Below are positions 1 to 7,435 of a DNA stretch of 27,090 nt, in pieces. How positions within the stretch are numbered: the stretch's first letter is position 1; the number at the start of each line of letters is the position of its first letter. The notes under the pieces were generated by a model. The model made no database searches. It was not told the DNA's origin and was given only the letters and a program-made list of their open reading frames with translations. Source of the stretch: a virus (taxonomy: Duplodnaviria > Caudoviricetes); the IMG/VR virus record IMGVR_UViG_3300043391_000934, positions 1 to 27,090 of that record. One strand, 5' to 3'. Made by a program: the position numbers and the translations under genes.

Positions 1-11
1 AGCGTGTCATT

Positions 12-443
12 TTGCCTATATTGTATAATGGGCTCATGGAGATATCAGTCGATTCTATGAGTGAAATTGTTCATAATAGCCATATCATGTCGGCGGCACT
101 TGAAACAGAGATTGCCATTTTAAAAGTCCGTGTTCAGGACCTTAGAGACCAGCGCGAGAATGACCGAAAAGAATTTATTGAATCAATTGCCGCAACGGCG
201 AATTCAAGAAAAGAAATGCACAAGAAAATTGATGACAACAACCATGCAATAGGGCACCTTGAATTAAAACTAACAAAACAGATCTCAGAGGTTAGGGATA
301 CAATATTATCAGCTGTATTACCAATAAAGACCGAGTCGGTTAATAAAGAAAACGTTAACTTGAGGTTAATTATCAATTGGGTGTTTAAGATAGTCGGCGG
401 AATTACAATTATGTGGCTGACAGTAAGAATGGGGCTTAAATAA
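12..443 (+). CDS. Coiled-coil protein with C-terminal transmembrane helix; holin-like or lysis accessory
   Basis: Heptad-rich middle, hydrophobic C-terminus (LIINWVFKIVGGITIMWLTV), TAATG overlap with the endolysin. The true start is probably a downstream ATG (36, 57 or 87). Confidence 0.5.
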   Translation: MPILYNGLMEISVDSMSEIVHNSHIMSAALETEIAILKVRVQDLRDQRENDRKEFIESIAATANSRKEMHKKIDDNNHAIGHLELKLTKQISEVRDTILSAVLPIKTESVNKENVNLRLIINWVFKIVGGITIMWLTVRMGLK

Positions 444-886
444 TGAATAAATTTAGCGAGCATTTTTCATACGACGAAATGACCTTATCTCAAACGGCAT
501 CTAGAAAGGGGATCGATAACACGCCCCCGGAATATGTGAAGAAAAACTTGGAAAGACTTTGCCTGAAAATACTTGAGCCAGCTAGGGCCGCACTTGGGGC
601 ACTTATTGTCTCATCTGCATATCGGTGCAAGGCGTTAAATAAAGCTGTGGGCGGCAGCGATTCAAGCGGCCATCCCGATGGGTACTGTGCAGATATAGTG
701 CCGGTAAAAGTAACCAAAATAGAATTTGCAAGATGGGTAAAAAATAATTGCGAGTTTGATCAAATAATTCTTGAATTTGGTACAAAAGATGACCCAGCCT
801 GGGTACATGTAAGCGCAGACCCAAGAAATAGACGACAAGTTTTGCAGATATTACGAGGAACGGGATATATCTCGGTAGAATTATGA
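443..886 (+). CDS. Endolysin, peptidase M15 family (Zn D-Ala-D-Ala peptidase fold)
   Basis: HFSYDEM..S.TA.R.GIDNTP N-terminus; SAYRC..LN..VGG...S.H..G.CAD and WVHVS motifs (His/Asp/His Zn ligands) typical of phage Peptidase_M15_3. Confidence 0.9.
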   Translation: MNKFSEHFSYDEMTLSQTASRKGIDNTPPEYVKKNLERLCLKILEPARAALGALIVSSAYRCKALNKAVGGSDSSGHPDGYCADIVPVKVTKIEFARWVKNNCEFDQIILEFGTKDDPAWVHVSADPRNRRQVLQILRGTGYISVEL

Positions 887-1314
887 GGAATATATTTACA
901 TTCCTTTTAATCATCGCCATGTCTTCATTGCTATATGCTGATTGGGGATGTGGTACATACTTAGAGTTAAGCCCAGAGCTATCGTATGGCGTCCATGATA
1001 ACGGCCCGGCATGGGTTGAATTGGTTCCGCTTCGAGGTGCGGTTCAAATATCGGATCAATCGAATATAAGTGGCGTTTTCGGTTACGCGTATGAGATTGA
1101 TCGAGATAAAAAGCCATTAGGAACGCTCAACCATTACGGGTGGCACATAGCCGCTAAGTTTGAGCACTCACTATTAAAAGGTAGTGATATGCGGTTTTTT
1201 TACGAAATTAATGTTGGCAATCGCGTTTCTGGAGCAATGAATGATATAAATTACTTGCAGACCACAAACTATCAGCGATTCGGCATTATTTGGCACATAT
1301 TAAGAATTATTTAA
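883..1314 (+). CDS. Secreted protein, possible small outer-membrane beta-barrel
   Basis: Sec-type signal peptide (MRNIFTFLLIIAMSSLLYA), alternating hydrophobic/aromatic strands, C-terminal RFGIIWHI; ATGA overlap with the endolysin. Confidence 0.5.
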   Translation: MRNIFTFLLIIAMSSLLYADWGCGTYLELSPELSYGVHDNGPAWVELVPLRGAVQISDQSNISGVFGYAYEIDRDKKPLGTLNHYGWHIAAKFEHSLLKGSDMRFFYEINVGNRVSGAMNDINYLQTTNYQRFGIIWHILRII

Positions 1315-1324
1315 GGAGAAAAAA

Positions 1325-1636
1325 ATGGACATTATTAATACACTAATCGGGGTGGCGACTGACAACATTATCGGAATGGCTATTGGTTCGATTGCAACCT
1401 TATCGATCGGGCTTTCGGTTGGCTTTGTATGGGACAAGATCCGGCCATTGAAACCATTTACCGATTACGCAAAGCAAAGATCAAACAAGTTTGGGTTTAA
1501 AACCCGTGAGTTTGCATTGAGTCGAATTGGAAAATGTAGCGCAACCGATAAGATTTTATTGGATCTTGAAAATTCAAGTGAAGAAATTCAAAACGCATAT
1601 GTTGACGGGCTTCGTGGAATTAAATATGACGTATGA
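1325..1636 (+). CDS. Membrane protein, holin-like
   Basis: Strong RBS AAGGAG; one N-terminal hydrophobic helix (IIGMAIGSIATLSIGLSVGFVW); lies in the lysis module. Confidence 0.5.
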   Translation: MDIINTLIGVATDNIIGMAIGSIATLSIGLSVGFVWDKIRPLKPFTDYAKQRSNKFGFKTREFALSRIGKCSATDKILLDLENSSEEIQNAYVDGLRGIKYDV

Positions 1637-1763
1637 CTTTCATTCCGAGCTTCAGCCAGATTGGCAGGAATGCGTTACCGATATAAAGTCGGCACCAATA
1701 GTTGATTTAGACATACTCAATTCGGTATTAAAATTGGAGGCCTCAGATGTTACTAGAGGATGA
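1626..1763 (+). CDS. Small hypothetical protein (45 aa)
   Basis: In-frame ATG at 1626 inside ORF 1527-1763; overlaps both neighbours and fills the gap. Confidence 0.4.
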   Translation: MTYDFHSELQPDWQECVTDIKSAPIVDLDILNSVLKLEASDVTRG

Positions 1764-2013
1764 TGATCACGAAGATAAAGATGGAAATGACTTGTCTATA
1801 TTCGACTCAATTAAAGCGCGTATCAATGACATAGCCTTAATAAATAAGGTACTAAGGGAAGCCCTTCAAAATAAAGATAGACTAGAGTGCCTTGTGATTG
1901 GATTTATGATGAATGATGAGGTGCAGACTTTACGGATAGGACCAATACCGAGTTGTATTGGCATAGCCGAATGCATTAAAAAAGAATCCTTGAGCAAGTG
2001 GCAAGTTGAGTAG
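1747..2013 (+). CDS. Hypothetical protein
   Basis: RBS GGAGG upstream; 88 aa; last gene of the rightward unit, with its stop abutting the ssb stop. Confidence 0.6.
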   Translation: MLLEDDDHEDKDGNDLSIFDSIKARINDIALINKVLREALQNKDRLECLVIGFMMNDEVQTLRIGPIPSCIGIAECIKKESLSKWQVE

Positions 2014-2343
2014 TTAAAACGGGATCTCGTTAATAACCCCTACTGTAGTGGCCATTATTCTTGGATATAGTCTCATTTCTTTTCCATCTGGCTGGAATGC
2101 CTTTGCCGTTATTTTGGCACTAACAACAACGGAACTCCCGGTACTCAGGCGATTGATAGTGTCCGCGCTTTGTCCAAACGCTACCATTGGTAGCGTTTGC
2201 GCCTTTTTTTCGTCTGGGTTAGGAATAAACAAATGAAAATCAATTGCCATTCCGCCGCCTTCCAACGCCTTCGCTTCTTCCTTGTGTACAATTTCCCCGC
2301 TAAATTGAGCCTTATTTTCTCCATAGAGTAGTTTGCTTATCAT
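2014..2343 (-). CDS. ssb: Single-stranded DNA-binding protein (OB fold)
   Basis: VAFGQSADTI..LSTGSSVVVSAKI OB-fold pattern and C-terminal EIPF tip resembling the SSB DDIPF motif. Confidence 0.8.
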   Translation of the reverse strand: MISKLLYGENKAQFSGEIVHKEEAKALEGGGMAIDFHLFIPNPDEKKAQTLPMVAFGQSADTINRLSTGSSVVVSAKITAKAFQPDGKEMRLYPRIMATTVGVINEIPF

Positions 2344-2603
2344 TAGTCTTTGAGTCCTTTTAAATATTTTTCCATACGAGATGTGCGCTTATCAAAATCA
2401 TGTTCACGCATTTCAATTTTTGTACAAACTTTTCCGTTTTTATCATACTTTACAGTGGCCCCACTGGGAAATTGCAAATAAACCACCCCGTCAACAGTTA
2501 CTTCAGAGTGTCCCTGTATATCGGAAATGGATTTATTATAAGACCCACACCCAGATAGTGTTATTAAAAGTAAAGCACATGATAAAAAATAAACCGCCTT
2601 CAT
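2343..2603 (-). CDS. Phage lipoprotein
   Basis: Signal peptide with lipobox LSGC, followed by a small beta domain (VDGVVYLQFPSG). Confidence 0.7.
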   Translation of the reverse strand: MKAVYFLSCALLLITLSGCGSYNKSISDIQGHSEVTVDGVVYLQFPSGATVKYDKNGKVCTKIEMREHDFDKRTSRMEKYLKGLKD

Positions 2604-2968
2604 TTTCGTATCTCCCTGAATTCGATGTCCGGGTATTTGGCCGCGAACATCTTTTTTTTTATTTTATAGACCGATGTAGCAAACCCCTTAAAGTCCTCTA
2701 CGACTAGTTTACCATTCTCGGTGTACTCGAAGTCCACCACGATTTTAATTGCGCGGTGGCCCTTCATTTTTTCTTGCAGGATATAGGGGACTTGGCACCT
2801 TAGACCGGAAATTGCCCCCGCCCTTTGGAGTAGCGATAACTCGCCATTCCGTATCCCCTCCCCAACGGAGTCGAACCCCGTGGACTTGTCGTTGCCGTAC
2901 TTTGGCGCTTTTTTAAGTGACGCAAAATACTCCGTTCTCCCCATGGAGTTGGATGCTTTTTTATCCAT
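2600..2968 (-). CDS. DUF1064-family PD-(D/E)xK endonuclease
   Basis: KYGN...FDS..E..R..EL.LLQRAG.IS.L..QVPY.L and DFEY.ENG..VVEDFKG..T.VY.IKKK motifs. Confidence 0.85.
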   Translation of the reverse strand: MDKKASNSMGRTEYFASLKKAPKYGNDKSTGFDSVGEGIRNGELSLLQRAGAISGLRCQVPYILQEKMKGHRAIKIVVDFEYTENGKLVVEDFKGFATSVYKIKKKMFAAKYPDIEFREIRK

Positions 2969-3101
2969 CCTTATTCACATCAAACCCGCACCATGTGCAT
3001 ATTCCAGACAATACATTCAAGCAGTAATTTTCACGCGTACACTCGGGGCATATAACGAGGGCTAACTTTCCGTCATCTTTCTTAAATAATTCGTTTGTCA
3101 T
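2961..3101 (-). CDS. Small zinc-ribbon protein (46 aa), absent from the ORF track
   Basis: Hand translation MTNELFKKDDGKLALVICPECTRENYCLNVLSGICTWCGFDVNKDG; two CxxC pairs; RBS AGGAAG; overlaps the start of the next gene. Confidence 0.75.
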   Translation of the reverse strand: MTNELFKKDDGKLALVICPECTRENYCLNVLSGICTWCGFDVNKDG

Positions 3102-3241
3102 TTTACTTCCTATATACTCACAAGCTTAATATCCCTCAAAGTTAATCTAACTAATATAGCAATATCGATTATGATTTGGTAATATCACCCGGCCCGGAAG
3201 GGCGTTAGGTGATTTACGAAGGCGGGGACGTCTGAGTAATT

Positions 3242-3263
3242 AGGCCGGTTTAATTACCGGCCT
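3242..3263. terminator. Hairpin AGGCCGGT-TTAATT-ACCGGCCT overlapping the stop of 3254-3562
   Basis: Perfect 8-bp inverted repeat; no clear U-tract. Confidence 0.35.
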
Positions 3264-3562
3264 GAGTTAATCTTTAAAAGATGGTCGTGGATTGAAAGAT
3301 TCCCATGCTTTTCATCGAGTGCACGAATTGCCTTATATAAATCATCCTTGGGTGTAAATGGGGCAATATTACCTTTCAACACCAACCTTGCCGCCTTAAG
3401 TACCTCCATAATCTCTTTCCTTGCTTGGAAGAAATCCATATCGCCTTCCTTCGAAAATGACGCTTCGCAACCTCCCTCCAGGCAATAAAGAGCCACGTCT
3501 CGGTCTGGTATGTAAGTCAATTCCAATGTCTCTTGTGTAATTTCTGGATTAAATACTTTCAT
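3254..3562 (-). CDS. Hypothetical protein, paralog of 5036-5365
   Basis: Start MKVFNPEIT by ATGA overlap; shares the N-terminus and VLKAAR...AI..LDEK with 5036-5365. Confidence 0.7.
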   Translation of the reverse strand: MKVFNPEITQETLELTYIPDRDVALYCLEGGCEASFSKEGDMDFFQARKEIMEVLKAARLVLKGNIAPFTPKDDLYKAIRALDEKHGNLSIHDHLLKINSGR

Positions 3563-3570
3563 TTGTTTTC
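3537..3570. repeat. 34-bp direct repeat, copy 1 (copy 2 at 5340-5373)
   Basis: GTAATTTCTGGATTAAATA[C/T]TTTCATTTGTTTTC, one mismatch between copies. Confidence 0.9.
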
Positions 3571-3879
3571 CTCCGGCATTGTTGGTATCTCGAAGTCGAG
3601 AAAGTAGGTGGCCTTTACATACATTCCACGTCCGTTCCATGCCTCTCCATCAATAACGGCCCCCCAGTACGGAATGTATCCTTTAAACTCACCGGTGCAC
3701 CTTGAAAAAAATGGAGAAAGTGCAAGTACTTGATTAGCATGGCTCAATTCCTCAATCGGTCGCCACACGGGGGCTTTGATATATTTCTCACAGTCTTCAA
3801 TAGGCCCGATAGGTTTAGGGTTACATTCCAAAAATCCGCCATTGCCTTCCCAGGCCCATATTTCATCTGGTATTGTCAT
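3559..3879 (-). CDS. Hypothetical early protein (WRPIE motif, DUF551-like module)
   Basis: VWRPIEEL...QVL motif common in phage accessory early proteins; coupled to both neighbours. Confidence 0.6.
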   Translation of the reverse strand: MTIPDEIWAWEGNGGFLECNPKPIGPIEDCEKYIKAPVWRPIEELSHANQVLALSPFFSRCTGEFKGYIPYWGAVIDGEAWNGRGMYVKATYFLDFEIPTMPEENK

Positions 3880-4061
3880 TACACTTTCCCCTCAATAATT
3901 TTACTGCCAGGGTACGCTTTTAGTGCCGATTCCTTGGATTCGAAAACTGGGCAGGCCCCAACCATCCCATCTGCCCAGCTTAGAGGTAGATATTTTTCAA
4001 GCGGTCCTAATTGGACCCCTAATTCTTCTTTGACATTCAACACAATAAAAATGTCTTTCAT
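3879..4061 (-). CDS. Hypothetical protein (60 aa)
   Basis: Coupled overlaps on both sides; protein-like composition. Confidence 0.65.
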   Translation of the reverse strand: MKDIFIVLNVKEELGVQLGPLEKYLPLSWADGMVGACPVFESKESALKAYPGSKIIEGKV

Positions 4062-4228
4062 TTAACACCTTTTCTTTTAATCCTAAGCTCAACCGTCCAG
4101 GATCTGCGTTTCTTTCTACCATACGGCTCTCTTGGAATCCCCCACTTTTTAAACAAATACTCCGTGATCCTGTACAACTTTATTCCACGATGACACTTTT
4201 TAGTTATCAAAATCTCAGTTAACATCAT
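4058..4228 (-). CDS. Small basic hypothetical protein
   Basis: Probable start MMLTEIL at 4228 (or 4225) inside ORF 4058-4285; K/R-rich; ATGA-type spacing with the next gene. Confidence 0.45.
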   Translation of the reverse strand: MMLTEILITKKCHRGIKLYRITEYLFKKWGIPREPYGRKKRRSWTVELRIKRKGVK

Positions 4229-4475
4229 TCTCGATACGTACCCTTCCCACAGCAATCGACTTGTTAGGGTCCGCCTTGTCAACAATAGACACCCTTCCCA
4301 CGCCCAAGTCTTTTATTGTCGATAAATCCGATGGATCTAACCAACTTACAAGACCGGGGATATCCGGTGGACTTACTGCCTTTCGCTTCTGGCTTTCTGG
4401 CTCTTTTGAAATTCTTATAGAATCTTTGTCAAAGCGAAGAATATTCAGATCTGATTCAAAATCACTACTCATCAT
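4215..4475 (-). CDS. Hypothetical protein carrying a WLDxSDxSTI motif like the tail lectin-domain protein at 26769
   Basis: SPPDIPGLVSWLDPSDLSTI compared with PLIVPGCVGWLDASDASTI. Confidence 0.6.
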   Translation of the reverse strand: MMSSDFESDLNILRFDKDSIRISKEPESQKRKAVSPPDIPGLVSWLDPSDLSTIKDLGVGRVSIVDKADPNKSIAVGRVRIENDVN

Positions 4476-4653
4476 GCTGAATGCGCATTCTATAGTCCTG
4501 TTCTAACCCAGAAACCCTAGATCTACACTCAGGGGCATCCATATTATCTAAGTCGTGTGGGTATTCCATGAACGGGTATGCCTGGGACGGCTTCGGGATA
4601 AATGCGATGAAAAGCAATACAACGACGACGATTAGGGCAAGTACTATAATCAT
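4465..4653 (-). CDS. Small single-pass membrane protein
   Basis: N-terminal hydrophobic helix IIVLALIVVVVLLFIAFI. Confidence 0.65.
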   Translation of the reverse strand: MIIVLALIVVVVLLFIAFIPKPSQAYPFMEYPHDLDNMDAPECRSRVSGLEQDYRMRIQHDE

Positions 4654-4654
4654 T

Positions 4655-4852
4655 TTAAAAACGCCCCTTCCCCCAGTCTCTCTTAAGATCAGCTAAGAAG
4701 AATAAATTAAGCACTGAAAGTGATGAGTAAAAACACGCATCCAGTAGATTGTCTATAGCAAAACTCTTAGATGCAATGATCGCCGCTATCAAAAAACCAA
4801 GTAAATAAATAGTTAAGAAAAAAAGATTCCAAATACCCCTCAAGACAAACAT
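4655..4852 (-). CDS. Small two-helix membrane protein
   Basis: Likely start MFVLRGIW at 4852; two hydrophobic segments. Confidence 0.55.
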   Translation of the reverse strand: MFVLRGIWNLFFLTIYLLGFLIAAIIASKSFAIDNLLDACFYSSLSVLNLFFLADLKRDWGKGRF

Positions 4853-5035
4853 CACGCCACCACTTTCCCTTCTAATATCCATACAAGCGGCCCCCTGCAA
4901 AACACCGTGTATTTAGGTTTGACCGACTGTTTATTTTTTAACAGCTTCACATGAACCCCGTGCAGTAATACGAATGGCTTCTGGGGGTGGTAAGGTAATT
5001 AGGCAATACTACGTGAATCCTATTTAAATATGTCA

Positions 5036-5365
5036 TTAATTTTCATCCGTTCTATACTTTTCGTCTAAAATGTCAATGGCTACGCCTAATTCAAGGAAGG
5101 AATTTTGACCAGGTGTCCCCAGAACATAATCATTATTTTCTTTAATAAACTTTCGCGCCGCTTTCAATACATCAAGAAGCTCTGGGACAGCGGAAATTGC
5201 GTCACAATCATCCGTATCACGATAATATGGGGCATTCCCCCTTTTTAGATTCTCCTCATCAATAAAGTAGTCATAAGGTACATTCTTACATATTTGACGC
5301 AAAGCTCCGTGTATCCATATCGAGTTCCAAGGCCCGGGCGTAATTTCTGGATTAAATATTTTCAT
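5036..5365 (-). CDS. Hypothetical early protein (TPGPW...AISAVPELLDVLK family)
   Basis: TPGPW and AxPELL motifs widespread in phage early genes; paralog of 3254-3562. Confidence 0.75.
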   Translation of the reverse strand: MKIFNPEITPGPWNSIWIHGALRQICKNVPYDYFIDEENLKRGNAPYYRDTDDCDAISAVPELLDVLKAARKFIKENNDYVLGTPGQNSFLELGVAIDILDEKYRTDEN

Positions 5366-5373
5366 TTGTTTTC
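5340..5373. repeat. 34-bp direct repeat, copy 2
   Basis: Matches 3537-3570 with one mismatch. Confidence 0.9.
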
Positions 5374-5547
5374 TACTTCCCTAGCGTGTTGAATTTCTAA
5401 AAACGCATCCGCAAACCTAAATGCTTCCAAAGCAATTCCTTGTCTCCAATGTTCGTCATGAAAAACAAGGTTATCATCCATCATAATCATTTTAATAATC
5501 ATTGGATAAATATGAAGTGCAATTTCAGTTCTATTCATTACTAGCAC
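5362..5547 (-). CDS. Hypothetical protein (AFRFADAFL motif)
   Basis: RBS GGAGG; A..A...ADA motif common in small phage proteins; start at 5547 (GTG) or 5538 (ATG). Confidence 0.65.
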   Translation of the reverse strand: MLVMNRTEIALHIYPMIIKMIMMDDNLVFHDEHWRQGIALEAFRFADAFLEIQHAREVENK

Positions 5548-5622
5548 CTCCTAATCTTGCAAACAGTTTCACATCAACCCCGTACAAACTAAGCTCTGAC
5601 ACACATGATTTGGGCGTAAGCA

Positions 5623-5787
5623 TCACGCCACCACCCACTCCCTAGTATTATCAGGAATCATCTTCTCGTACGCCTCCTCAGATATCACGTAGTCACTCGC
5701 CTCTCTGAATGTCTTAAACTCACCCGTTTTTAACTTTCTAAGTGCCACCGCCGCCCTAGTCTCTGGTACTGCAATTCTTTTATTCAT
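5623..5787 (-). CDS. Small hypothetical protein (54 aa)
   Basis: Start MNKRIAV at 5787 overlaps the dUTPase stop, with GAGG RBS. Confidence 0.55.
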   Translation of the reverse strand: MNKRIAVPETRAAVALRKLKTGEFKTFREASDYVISEEAYEKMIPDNTREWVVA

Positions 5788-6181
5788 GGCAAAGCCTCTC
5801 ATTGTCCTCAACCCCGTCAACCACCTTCTGGTACGTTCCATCTTTGTACCCACCAGATTGCCTTTCATGGTTCAATTTATTCTTCTTTGCGTATAGCTCG
5901 AATACCTCGTTGGCGTCCATTCCAAGTACGGTACACATTGAAACCCAAAAGTGGAGAATATCGACTAATTCTACCTTTGCGTTTTGTACATTGTCGTTAC
6001 CAGCTTTCCAAAATTTCCAAGCAAAAGAATCAACTAGCTCCGCCAATTCTTGCTGCAATGCGATGTAATATTTTAGAAACCATGTGCGACGGACTTCCGT
6101 GTCCTGAATCACAACGTACAGGTCGGGGACAATACGCTCATTTAACTTGATTTGCTGGTCGAAAATATCCTGTAAATTCAT
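5780..6181 (-). CDS. dut: Dimeric all-alpha dUTPase (dUTPase_2 / MazG-like)
   Basis: Q..LN..I, ALQQELAEL, WKFWK, VELVDILHF and Y..KN.LN..RQ..GY motifs; start MNLQ at 6181. Confidence 0.88.
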   Translation of the reverse strand: MNLQDIFDQQIKLNERIVPDLYVVIQDTEVRRTWFLKYYIALQQELAELVDSFAWKFWKAGNDNVQNAKVELVDILHFWVSMCTVLGMDANEVFELYAKKNKLNHERQSGGYKDGTYQKVVDGVEDNERLCHE

Positions 6182-6288
6182 TTCTGTAGAAACCTTTCCA
6201 GATAGCACATGGCGACATATCCGCCGCCAAAAATAACCAATAATTTAAAATCGGAACTTGAAACAATTCTACCCAAACCCTCAATCAT
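6178..6288 (-). CDS. Small membrane peptide (36 aa), absent from the ORF track
   Basis: MIEGLGRIVSSSDFKLLVIFGGGYVAMCYLERFLQK; ATGA overlaps at both ends. Confidence 0.55.
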   Translation of the reverse strand: MIEGLGRIVSSSDFKLLVIFGGGYVAMCYLERFLQK

Positions 6289-6452
6289 TCCGGTCTCGAA
6301 TATCGGACCATCTTTATCGGGAACGTCATTAACTTGCCTTTATTTGGCCCTTCAACGAACCGGACCTTGATGCATGATGTTCCGACATTGTCGATCACAT
6401 TTGCTTCGCAATACTCGCCAAATACCGGCACGTAGCATGATTCATTTGTCAT
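6285..6452 (-). CDS. Small beta-rich protein (55 aa, SH3/Tudor-like pattern), absent from the ORF track
   Basis: MTNESCYVPVFGEYCEANVIDNVGTSCIKVRFVEGPNKGKLMTFPIKMVRYSRPE; ATGA overlaps at both ends; GGAG RBS. Confidence 0.65.
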   Translation of the reverse strand: MTNESCYVPVFGEYCEANVIDNVGTSCIKVRFVEGPNKGKLMTFPIKMVRYSRPE

Positions 6453-7306
6453 AACTCTACTCCCATTCGTTTTCTGTATGCATCGGCAAGGTAAGTTTTC
6501 ATCAGTGGACTATTAAGCGGCGGCCGCCCAACACCACCGTCATACTCATACTCCCATCTTGCCTCAACTTCTACTTCTTCCCTGTCATCAACTGGCAACT
6601 CCTCAAATCTTTCGAGGAGTTCAAGGTGATCATTCCTGGATCTAGCAATCTCGTTTTCTAAATCCTGTCTGCCTTTTAACTCAATTGCAAACAGATCTTG
6701 TTTTTTTACATTCTCAATCTGCTCTTGTTCCCATGCAAAAACCTCACTCTTTGCGTCCTCATGTTCCGATGGGAATTCGGAGTACCTTCCCGCAAGATAC
6801 TTTTCAATCGCAATTGGGTCTTTAAACGATTTCCCCCTACTCTTGCGAATTAGAATAACCTGTCTAGCCAGCGCCCTAAAATCCTCACTTTCTTGATAAG
6901 CGGCGGCCACCTTTTGAGCCGCTTGCGGCTCTTTTATATTCTTCTCTTCTCTTCTCTTCTCTTCTCTATCACGTGACGTCACTGGTATGTCACGCGTGAC
7001 AAATTCTTGTTTTGAGCGTGACAATCGCTTACGTTCTTTTGTGGCCTCTTTATTCCGTTGATACTCCGTGACGTCTTCGATGACCTTCCGAACGATATCC
7101 GTTAACGAAGCGTTGCGGTTCCGAAGGCGTTCCGATAGTCCATCTAAAGACTTTTGGCCAACACCCGGAAGGTCTAAAATCTCCTCTTTAAGCGGCTCCC
7201 TTTCAAGTTCCGCTGTAAGTGCTTGAACCATAACAAGTATGCCTTTATCGGTGGGTGTTAACCCACCAAATAAAACATGCTGACCCTTTATTTTTACCCA
7301 GTCCAT
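6449..7306 (-). CDS. Phage replication initiator (lambda O / replisome-organizer-like)
   Basis: MDWVKI N-terminus, central K.RKR.SR..VTRDIPVTSRD-REEKRREEK linker typical of phage initiators that carry their origin; follows the recombinase. Confidence 0.7.
   Translation of the reverse strand: MDWVKIKGQHVLFGGLTPTDKGILVMVQALTAELEREPLKEEILDLPGVGQKSLDGLSERLRNRNASLTDIVRKVIEDVTEYQRNKEATKERKRLSRSKQEFVTRDIPVTSRDREEKRREEKNIKEPQAAQKVAAAYQESEDFRALARQVILIRKSRGKSFKDPIAIEKYLAGRYSEFPSEHEDAKSEVFAWEQEQIENVKKQDLFAIELKGRQDLENEIARSRNDHLELLERFEELPVDDREEVEVEARWEYEYDGGVGRPPLNSPLMKTYLADAYRKRMGVEL
6940..7072. other. Putative replication origin: CGTGAC/GTCACG iterons plus a pyrimidine tract
   Basis: CGTGAC at 6972, 6995, 7017 and 7067; perfect palindrome TGTCACGCGTGACA at 6988-7001; (CTTCT)n tract at about 6940-6967. 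Confidence 0.6.
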
Positions 7307-7435
7307 TCGGATGCCCTTAAGTCTAGTTTAAACTAAATACAACTGTCTCTGAGTGGCAACAAAACTCCATTGTTATGTGCCAGCCAAGAGGCTTTAACTC
7401 GATAAATGGAGCGATAATGTGGGGAAGCCCAATGT

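Noticed and set aside
134-920. Minus-strand ORFs 134-463, 490-717 and 603-920, and similar shadow ORFs throughout (e.g. 9944-10279, 10745-11116, 12767-13063, 15806-16120, 26545-26847)
   Set aside because: They are antisense or off-frame overlaps of well-supported genes and have no motifs or RBS.
3179-3270. Hammerhead or HDV-like ribozyme (also considered for 9459-9599)
   Set aside because: The conserved cores (CUGANGA/GAAA, or the nested double pseudoknot) could not be identified.
4852-5036. Programmed frameshift joining two short minus-strand frames (MTYLNRIH... and ...LHGVHVKLL...KVVA)
   Set aside because: No canonical slippery heptamer; two coupled micro-ORFs or a decayed gene explain it equally well.
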